Shown here one piece after another: positions 56,193 through 64,000 of a DNA stretch of 64,000 nucleotides. The translations under genes were made by a program, and so were the position numbers. The number at the start of each line of letters is the position of its first letter. Within the stretch, counting starts at the first letter, position 1. The stretch is taken from assembly GCA_946965045.2 (NCBI GenBank), contig OX337239.1, positions 1,550,001-1,614,000 on the forward strand. Direction: 5' to 3'. The stretch is from Epithemia pelagica (Eukaryota > Protista > Bacillariophyta). The notes beneath the pieces are model-generated. The model was not told the DNA's origin. It saw nothing but the letters and a program-made list of their open reading frames with translations, and made no database searches.

Positions 56193-59100
56193 ATGGATCC
56201 TCAATCACCCAAGACACCTACGACTCCTAAGGGAGAAGATAACCAAGACAATGTCTCGAACACAGACCTATTCGACCACATCATATTTACTGTCTGCCAA
56301 TTCTTTACCAAAGAAAGGGCCGACTACTTAATGAAGTGGATGAAATACCATGGTTTTGAGAACATTACCCATGTTATCTCGTATATGCAAACTAATACCG
56401 AGGAATCCATGAAGGAACTGACACAATACAAGGTCAACAAACAGACACATGATCTACAAGGCCCCACAAGACAGCAGATCAAGCTCTTGGCTTATTGGGC
56501 CATATGCAAGACCAATGAAATTCAAGACGAGCTATCCAATAGCGACTGGATGAACCTAACGAGGAAAGAGTTCAACACTTGGAGGATCAACACAGATTTC
56601 TCTAAGGGATCACCTAGCCAAGTCCCAGTCTCGCCAATTAAGTCACCGTCATCTGTGAAATCTGTCAGCACAGTTACTGCCGCATCCCAATCTCAACAAG
56701 ACCTTACAGCATTCAGAAAGGGAACTAAGCGCGACGCAACTGCATATGAGGTATTCAAGGATGAACGATACTACGATTCATTCTGGCGTGTATTCAAGAC
56801 TACAGCTAAGGCTCAAGGCCTATCCAACGTTCTGAATTTCAAATACACACCACCCCATGATGATGAGTATGCCGAAGAACTTTTTCAAGAGCAACAAGTA
56901 TTTCTTTACTCCGTTCTTGTCCGTATCATTCAGACTGACCAAGGTCGAGCCTATGTACGTGAACATGAACATGATGAAGATGCGCGTGCCGTATTGCAGA
57001 AGTTACACTCTTTGCATACCGAATCCGACCTAGCAAAGCGAGAAGTCCTCCGTTTAACCAATTACATTTCCAATCTACGTCTTGACGACACATGGCGCGG
57101 AACAACACGTCAATTTCTTCTACACTTTCAAGAGCAGCTACGTTTGCTAGACAATCTAGTGACATTGTCTGATCGCATCCCTGATCATACCAGGATGACC
57201 TTCCTCATGCAAGCTGTAGAAAAGGTACCTGATCTCCGCCGAGTCAAGATCTTGGATAATGTGGTGAACACCAAATCCGGTGCAAAATCCCTTTGCTATC
57301 AATCATACTTCCGTCTCCTTCTAGACGCAGCTTATGACCATGATCAAGCAACCCAGTCATCTGTTCATAGTCGCCGTCGACATGTCAAACAACATGAATC
57401 ACTATATGGCCAAGATACAGATGCTGACATAACCTCACAAGATGATATGGAGTATCATGTCCACAACACCAAAGCGACATCTGAATCTCCATCCTCTTCG
57501 TCCAAGGTTAGTCTACCGCGTGACCTATGGTTCAAACTTTCTGAAGAAGATCGCAAGTTGATCATTGAGTATAACAAGATGATTCAAGCACCTTCATCAA
57601 CAACACCGAGGAAAGTGCAAACACATGCCCTCGACATTGATCCGGAACCTGATCCTGACCCCAACCAAGTTGCATCTGATGACGACTCACCTGGCGTAGT
57701 CCCTGAGCATCCAGATGATTCAGATCCGGTTACACAATTTATCAACCAAGCCATGACGACTGATATCAATCACCCGGCACCTGACCTGACTAGTGTTCTT
57801 TCTAACGCCAAGTCCAAGACGAGCAAGAAGGTTACTTTCAAAGCCAACATGCATAAACAAGCAGGACATGTTCCACGCTATTTGTTTTCCAGGAAATCTA
57901 CTTTACCAGGAAATCAATTGATTGACCGTGGTGCTAATGGAGGACTTGCTGGTTCTGACATGCGCATCCTTTCTAAGACTGGCCGCCATATCACTATTGT
58001 GGGTATTGATAACCATGAACTTACTGGACTTCCTGTCGTCACATGTGCCGCAAAGTTTGAGACCAATGATGGACCTATTGTCGGCATCTTCAATGAATAT
58101 GCTTATTATGGAAAGGGCTTATCTATCCATGCTCCTGGTCAATTCGAGCATTTCGGACTTGCTGTTGATGAACGATCTGTTAAAGTTGATGGTAAACAAC
58201 GCATCACTACACTTGATGGTCGTGCTATACCCCTTCACATCAAGGATGGGTTAGCCTACATCCACTCCTTGGGTATCCCCAGCGACGATGACATGGATAC
58301 CTTACCTCAGATCATCTTCACGTCACCCGACACATGGGATCCTGGTGTTCTGGACCATTCGTATTCTCCCACACCCTCTGACAATGATCCTGATTGGAAA
58401 CACGTCAAGACTGATGGTAGTATGTCGAACCATCCATATGACAACTATGGGGAGTACACTGATCGTGTTGTTTGTAACCTCAATCTCCTTTTGGATCTCC
58501 CATACGATCATGGACCTGACGACGCACCCTTCTTTTCTATCTATGCTGACGCAGAAGGTAATGATCCTACACTTCATGCCTCTGTCCACCGTCGTTACCA
58601 GGAAGCGTATGACTGGAAGAAGTTCCGTCCATTCTTTGGTTGGCAATCTGAAGATGTTATTGCCGATACGTTCAAGCACACTACACGTAATGGTAGCATT
58701 ACTTTTGACCACGACACCCTCAAGAAACATTTCAAGGCTCGCAATCCGGTCCTTAATATACCTCGACGTCATGAACCCGTTGCTACTGACTCGGTTTTCT
58801 CCGACACCCCTGCTGTTGACCATGGCGGTAAAGTCGCACAAATCTTTGTTGGTCGAGATACTCTGGTTACTGATATCTATGGGATCAAGTCAACCAAACA
58901 GTTTGTCAATACTCTTCAGGACAACATCCGGTTTCGTGGTGCCATGGAGACTCTTATCAGTGATGGTGGTTCATCTCTCATCTCTCAAAAGGTCAAAGAC
59001 ATTCTTCGCACTTTGCTTATTGGGGAGTATCGATCCGAACCTTATCATCAACACCAGAATAAGGCTGAAAACCGTTACCAGACCGTTAAACGTATGACCA

Positions 59101-61880
59101 ACGCTCTCATGAATGCCACTGGTTGCCCTGCCAACACCTGGCTTCTTTGCCTTGAGTATGTCTGTGACTTATTAAACCATACATCATCACCCACCCATTC
59201 TGGTCGCACTCCTCTTGAGGCTCTCTCCGGACGCCCACCCGACATTACTCATCTCTTATTCTTTCCTTTCTGGGATGAGGTTTACTACCGTGTCGACCCC
59301 GCTGAACCCAATTCCGGTTCATATCCATCTTCTTCTGATGAGAAACTTGGCCACTGGGTTGGTTTTGCTCACAACGTTGGTGATTCTTTTACTTGGAAGA
59401 TTCTCACCCAGGATAACCAGATAATCTACCGTTCTGCCGTTCGCCGTGTTGAATCCACTACACCTAACCTACGTGTGGATCGACCTTCAGGGGAGGATTT
59501 GTCTGAGAAGGATGACAATGATAAGCAAGCTGACACTGTCTTCATTCGCAGTGATAGTGAAGATCCATCCAAACCAATGCCCACGATCGATTTTGACGAC
59601 ATGATAGGACGCACATTCCTATGCGACACAGAAGAAAATGGGGAGCGACACCGTGCACGTGTCATCAAACGAGTCATTGATCTTAATGAAGAAGCAACGA
59701 AACAGGAAGAACGTGTCAAGTACATCTACCGAAAGACAAATTCTGATGTTGATGAGATGATATCCTATAATCAACTCATGGAGTATATCGAACGAGATAA
59801 CCAAGCTCAAACCTCTGGAGATAATCTTTTCAGGTTCAGGGACGTCATTGCCCATCAAGGCCCACTGAACACAACTGATCCAGATTACAAGGGGAGCAAA
59901 TATAATTTGCTTGTTGATTGGGAAACTGGGGAGACTACCTATGAACCTTTATCACTCATCGCCAATGATGATCCGATCACTGTAGCAATTTATGGAAAGA
60001 AACACGGTTTACTCAACGAACCTGGATGGAAGCATTTGAAAGGTTATGTCAAAACAAGCAAACGTCTCATTCGAGCAGCCAAACAGTCAAGGATTAAACA
60101 AGTTCACCATTCCGTCAAGTATAAATTTGGATTCCAAGTACCACGCAATTATGAGGAAGCTGTCGCTCTTGATAAACAACATGGCAACACAAAGTGGCAG
60201 GATGCAACAGAATTAGAATTATCACAGATCCAGTCCTACAAGACATTCAAGGATTTTGGGAAAGCCATCTTCATTAAAGGGAAAGTATCCAATGCACCTG
60301 AAGGATATCATAAGATACGTGTACATCTTGTCTTTGACGTAAAACATGATGGACGACATAAAGCAAGACTTGTCGCAGATGGACATCTCACAAAAGAACC
60401 TGTTGAGACAATCTATTCAGGTGTTGTTTCCATTCGCAACCTCCGCATTGCCTTATTCCTGGGTACTTTGAATGACTTGGAAATATGGGGAGCAGATATT
60501 GGAAACGCATATCTGGAAGCCTTGACAGGGGAGAAAATTTTCATTGTTGCAGGACCTGAATTCAAGGAATTAGAAGGTCACATCCTGATTATATACAAGG
60601 CACTTTATGGATTGAAGTCATCAGGCGCACGCTGGCATGATGTCTTATTCGATGTTTTGACAGACATGGGATTTTCACCAAGCAAAGCAGATCCGGATAT
60701 CTGGATGAGGAAAGCACCTGGAGAAGACTGTTACGAATACATTGCCGTATACGTTGATGACTTAGCCATTATTTCTACTGATCCTGGGAATATCTGCAAG
60801 ATCCTGAAGGAGAAATACAACTTCAAACTCAAAGGAGATGGACCTATTGATTTCCACTTGGGATGTTGTTACACCAAGGATTCTGATGGAACATTAGTAG
60901 CAGATCCAAGACGCTACATTGGTAAGATGATGGACACTTTCGAACAAATCTTCAAGGAAAAACCCAAGAAAGCCAAAACACCTCTTATTGGTGGAGACCA
61001 TCCTGAATTGGATGATTCTGAGCTCCTTGATGAAGAAGGTACTAGCCATTTCCAAACTCTGATTGGACAACTCCAATGGGTGATCACTATTGGTCGTTTC
61101 GACGTCTTCACCGCTACAATGACGCTATCACGCTTTCGTGCTGCTCCGAGGAAAGGACATCTTGATAGAGCCAAGCGTATCTATGGATACCTTGCACATC
61201 TCCCAGAAGGCGCAATCAGATTTAGGATTGGAGAGCCTGATTATTCAAGTCTTCCTACCCAAGAATTTGATTGGACTCGCACTGTCTATTCGAATGCAAG
61301 TGAACGTATTCCTGAAGACTGCCCAACACCTCTTGGCCGCTATGTTACCACAACTCATTATGTTGATGCCAATCTCATGCATGACATAGTCACTGGTAAA
61401 TCCGTCACTGCTGTTCTACATTTGTTGAACGGAACACCTATTGACTGGTACAGCAAGAGACAGAGCACGGTGGAAACTGCTACCTATGGATCCGAGTTTG
61501 TGGCTGCAAGGACAGCAATAGATCAGATTACAGAATTACGACATTCTCTCCGCTACCTTGGAGTACCTATCCGAGAGCGAAGTTACATGTACGGAGATAA
61601 CAGATCTGTTGTGCTCAATGCAACCGTTCCTCATTCCATACTATCCAAGAGACACCACCTTCTGTCATACCACCGAGTTCGTGAAGCCATCGCAGCAAAG
61701 TATGTTGCATTCTACTGGAAAGATGGAAAGACCAACCCTGCCGATATCCTTAGCAAACATTGGGATTTCGTATCTATTTGGCCCATGCTCAAGCCATTGT
61801 TGTTCTGGAAAGGAGAAGTTCAAGACCTCAACAAATCCAATGATGACAAGGCTGAAACGACGAGTTGTGGGGAGTGTTAG
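56193..61880 (+). CDS. Copia gag-pol polyprotein (1895 aa)
   Basis: Protease LIDRGANGG; integrase ATDSVFSD, ISDGG, HQNKAE; chromo-like YNLLVDWETGETTYEPL; RT DIGNAYL, YVDD; RNase H YVDA. The stop lies inside the 3' LTR. Confidence 0.95.
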   Translation: MDPQSPKTPTTPKGEDNQDNVSNTDLFDHIIFTVCQFFTKERADYLMKWMKYHGFENITHVISYMQTNTEESMKELTQYKVNKQTHDLQGPTRQQIKLLAYWAICKTNEIQDELSNSDWMNLTRKEFNTWRINTDFSKGSPSQVPVSPIKSPSSVKSVSTVTAASQSQQDLTAFRKGTKRDATAYEVFKDERYYDSFWRVFKTTAKAQGLSNVLNFKYTPPHDDEYAEELFQEQQVFLYSVLVRIIQTDQGRAYVREHEHDEDARAVLQKLHSLHTESDLAKREVLRLTNYISNLRLDDTWRGTTRQFLLHFQEQLRLLDNLVTLSDRIPDHTRMTFLMQAVEKVPDLRRVKILDNVVNTKSGAKSLCYQSYFRLLLDAAYDHDQATQSSVHSRRRHVKQHESLYGQDTDADITSQDDMEYHVHNTKATSESPSSSSKVSLPRDLWFKLSEEDRKLIIEYNKMIQAPSSTTPRKVQTHALDIDPEPDPDPNQVASDDDSPGVVPEHPDDSDPVTQFINQAMTTDINHPAPDLTSVLSNAKSKTSKKVTFKANMHKQAGHVPRYLFSRKSTLPGNQLIDRGANGGLAGSDMRILSKTGRHITIVGIDNHELTGLPVVTCAAKFETNDGPIVGIFNEYAYYGKGLSIHAPGQFEHFGLAVDERSVKVDGKQRITTLDGRAIPLHIKDGLAYIHSLGIPSDDDMDTLPQIIFTSPDTWDPGVLDHSYSPTPSDNDPDWKHVKTDGSMSNHPYDNYGEYTDRVVCNLNLLLDLPYDHGPDDAPFFSIYADAEGNDPTLHASVHRRYQEAYDWKKFRPFFGWQSEDVIADTFKHTTRNGSITFDHDTLKKHFKARNPVLNIPRRHEPVATDSVFSDTPAVDHGGKVAQIFVGRDTLVTDIYGIKSTKQFVNTLQDNIRFRGAMETLISDGGSSLISQKVKDILRTLLIGEYRSEPYHQHQNKAENRYQTVKRMTNALMNATGCPANTWLLCLEYVCDLLNHTSSPTHSGRTPLEALSGRPPDITHLLFFPFWDEVYYRVDPAEPNSGSYPSSSDEKLGHWVGFAHNVGDSFTWKILTQDNQIIYRSAVRRVESTTPNLRVDRPSGEDLSEKDDNDKQADTVFIRSDSEDPSKPMPTIDFDDMIGRTFLCDTEENGERHRARVIKRVIDLNEEATKQEERVKYIYRKTNSDVDEMISYNQLMEYIERDNQAQTSGDNLFRFRDVIAHQGPLNTTDPDYKGSKYNLLVDWETGETTYEPLSLIANDDPITVAIYGKKHGLLNEPGWKHLKGYVKTSKRLIRAAKQSRIKQVHHSVKYKFGFQVPRNYEEAVALDKQHGNTKWQDATELELSQIQSYKTFKDFGKAIFIKGKVSNAPEGYHKIRVHLVFDVKHDGRHKARLVADGHLTKEPVETIYSGVVSIRNLRIALFLGTLNDLEIWGADIGNAYLEALTGEKIFIVAGPEFKELEGHILIIYKALYGLKSSGARWHDVLFDVLTDMGFSPSKADPDIWMRKAPGEDCYEYIAVYVDDLAIISTDPGNICKILKEKYNFKLKGDGPIDFHLGCCYTKDSDGTLVADPRRYIGKMMDTFEQIFKEKPKKAKTPLIGGDHPELDDSELLDEEGTSHFQTLIGQLQWVITIGRFDVFTATMTLSRFRAAPRKGHLDRAKRIYGYLAHLPEGAIRFRIGEPDYSSLPTQEFDWTRTVYSNASERIPEDCPTPLGRYVTTTHYVDANLMHDIVTGKSVTAVLHLLNGTPIDWYSKRQSTVETATYGSEFVAARTAIDQITELRHSLRYLGVPIRERSYMYGDNRSVVLNATVPHSILSKRHHLLSYHRVREAIAAKYVAFYWKDGKTNPADILSKHWDFVSIWPMLKPLLFWKGEVQDLNKSNDDKAETTSCGEC

Positions 61881-62657
61881 AATTCTCACCGTCTATGGTG
61901 GTTAGATTCTACATCTCATCGAATCCCCATGTCACATAGCCTCGTGCTATCGCATCATGCCATCTAGCTTCGAGCTATGTTCCCTAGCTTCGCGCTATAT
62001 CGACCTATATTTCTTCGCAAATCATGAAAAGTGAGAATAGATTGACGAACTCACTCTCAAGACTAAACTGGGTCGTGCGGTATTACAACGGACGTAAATT
62101 TGGCCGTTGCTCGGACATTATACTAACGCCCTAAGCGTACGCGCCTGAAATCATCGAGCGCGCCCAAGCGACATCCGAGCGCTGTCGGCATCTATCCGAC
62201 TCAACGGTCTAAGTATCCCAAGCACGACACACGATCACGCGAGACCATATTTCCATTCCCACAATCTCCAAATTGTCAACAAGCTGCGCGCCATGAAAAC
62301 AACTATGCCAACCCAAAGCAAGAGCTGTTGACCCTGTATATGTTATCCGTCCACATATACATGTCATATACATCACATGAATCGACTCCAACTATTCCAA
62401 ACCTGTTGCCGCCAAGAACCTATGACACATGACCCTTGGCAGGACCGAACATTTCACGTAGACCTATCGTAGTAATCAACACACAATCTAACAATATCAC
62501 CATTTATCACATCTTCTTTTGTGTCCCGACTATCCTTCTGATAGACTTCGACTTGCTTGCTTCTCTGACCCTGAGAAGCTTGTATCGGTTGGTGACCTAC
62601 CTGATTGTCTGCTCTACCGAGCATCAATGTCCCTACGATTCAGAAAGAATTGTAACA
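61875..62657 (+). repeat. Copia 3' LTR
   Basis: Matches 54274-55056; preceded by the purine-rich gagttgtggggag. Confidence 0.97.
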
Positions 62658-64000
62658 ACCAAACTCAAACCCCAAGCCAAACGCCTTTTTCTTCAAACCT
62701 TTAACATGGTCATACAATGGACCAACCAAGCCTCCCTTCCCTTCGCCACGACAGAATCACCAACGTCGCAACCCAAACACAACACAGACAGCACCCCTTT
62801 CTGGAAATTGTTATTCATCATCGAAGCCCTCCTCCTCGCCCCCATCCAACAAACCCAACACCGTACACACCACAACGCCTTAAAACATAGAGTCGCCCAA
62901 CTCAAACAAGGGGATCTCATCCATCTCTTTGACTCAATTTGGCATCCAGACAAAACAACAACCCCGCCACACAGACGCAACCGCACCAACAAACACAAAC
63001 AAAACCACCAACCCCAAAAACCAACCCCACAATCAATGGCCACATTCGCCCAACAAGCCGCCGACCTCGGAAACATTCGGGCCGCCCACAACAGACTCAC
63101 AGCAACCATGCCCATCGCCACCCTTACTCCTGACAGGATCAAAATTGTTGAAACATCCCTGTACCCGCCCCGTCTAGATCCCCCACACCACCTCCGAAAC
63201 CAGCAATACACCCCCACCCACAACAACACCATCACCGACAACACCTTTGAAAAGGCACTCCACCGCCTTAGCCAAGGAACCGCCCCTGGCCCATTCTCTG
63301 CATCCATCGACACAATCCGGGCACTTGGACTCCACAGATCCACCACCCATCCCTCCGCCGATCGGCCGTACTTCCACAACCTGAAACACCTCTTTGCTCA
63401 AATCCTAAACAACCAACTCCCATCCCCAATCCGCCCGTATTTCTCGTCCATCCATTTCTTTGCTCTTCACAAAGATATCTCCAACCTTGATAAATTACGC
63501 CCGATCGGCATCGGGACAGCTCTTCGCCGCACGGCAGCCACAATTGCTCTAACCATCACAGCAGACGACATCGAACCCATCCTCACAACCCAAGGACAAT
63601 ATGGAATCAACACCAGCGGCGGCGTAGATTTCACCGCCCATCTCACCCAACAACAGATCGACCGATACGTCACCACTGACGCCACCCATACCACCCCACC
63701 CACCCGAGCCCTCATCCTTCTCGACTTGACGAACATGTTCAACGCATGCTCTCGCACCCGTTGCCGCGAAATACTTCAATCCCACCCAGCCACCAAGCCA
63801 CTTGTATCACTCTTTGACCTACTGTACTCCAATGACACAACAAACTGGTACCAAGACCAGCATGGGAAAAATCAAACCCTCAACCAACCGGAAGGGTTCA
63901 GCCAAGGCTGCCCCCTCAGCCCACTGTTCGCTTGTCTCGTACTCGCCACGCTCACCGCCACCATCAACACAAACCTCTCCACCCGCGCCCTAGAACGCAT
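62658..64000 (+). CDS. Reverse-transcriptase region of the CRE-like ORF (partial, 3'-truncated by the window)
   Basis: Manual translation shows no stop. It is absent from the ORF track, presumably because the frame is open-ended. Removing the copia and one TSD restores ...RRSSFTKLKPQAKR... in frame with ORF 53849. Confidence 0.9.

Larger units (their letters stand above)
54274..62657 (+). mobile_element. Ty1/copia (CoDi-like) LTR retrotransposon
   Basis: 783-bp LTRs (TG...CA) with 2 C/T differences seen. 5-bp TSD ACCAA at 54269-54273 and 62658-62662. Domain order PR-INT-RT-RH. Confidence 0.97.
53317..64000 (+). mobile_element. CRE-like non-LTR retrotransposon, interrupted by copia and running off the window end
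   Basis: Two C2H2-like fingers (53900-54125). After the copia a stop-free frame 62658-64000 carries GTAPGP, KLRPIGIGTALRR, QYGI..GG, LLDLTNMFN and GFSQGCPLSP. Strongly C/A-rich plus strand. 5' boundary approximate. Confidence 0.85.

Noticed and set aside
62693-63993. Minus-strand ORFs listed at the window end
   Set aside because: Antisense shadows of the open-ended plus-strand CRE RT frame.
1-64000. CRISPR arrays, rRNA or tRNA genes
   Set aside because: No regularly spaced repeat-spacer arrays and no rRNA or cloverleaf signatures seen; all repeats are explained by TEs or coding minisatellites.

Overview
Eukaryotic nuclear DNA, very probably from a diatom. The evidence is short GT-AG introns, ASAF-type bipartite plastid presequences and CoDi-like copia elements. 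Two islands of host genes (about 0.3-2.6 kb and 22-39.5 kb, plus an HMG-box gene at 52-53 kb) lie between transposon clusters. The mobile elements are: (1) an intact tyrosine-recombinase (DIRS-order) retrotransposon with split direct repeats, 2729-12344; (2) a Ty3/gypsy element with identical LTRs, 14801-20310; (3) a Stowaway-type mariner and a deleted relative; (4) a piggyBac-transposase element with 252-bp TIRs nested in a Tc1/mariner-type MITE; (5) a Ty1/copia element, 54274-62657, inserted in a CRE-like non-LTR retrotransposon. The most unusual observations are as follows. In the YR element, gag and pol are in one frame separated by a single UGA-CGG, and pol appears to carry a degenerate C5-DNA-methyltransferase fold at its N-terminus as well as the usual Dam-like domain at its C-terminus. 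The piggyBac element carries a convergent P2X7-ballast/KolX-like gene and has no TTAA target duplication. The copia has an extra ORF upstream of gag and a PBS that looks complementary to the anticodon arm of tRNA-Asn. All domain calls are by-eye motif recognition; no database searches were run.
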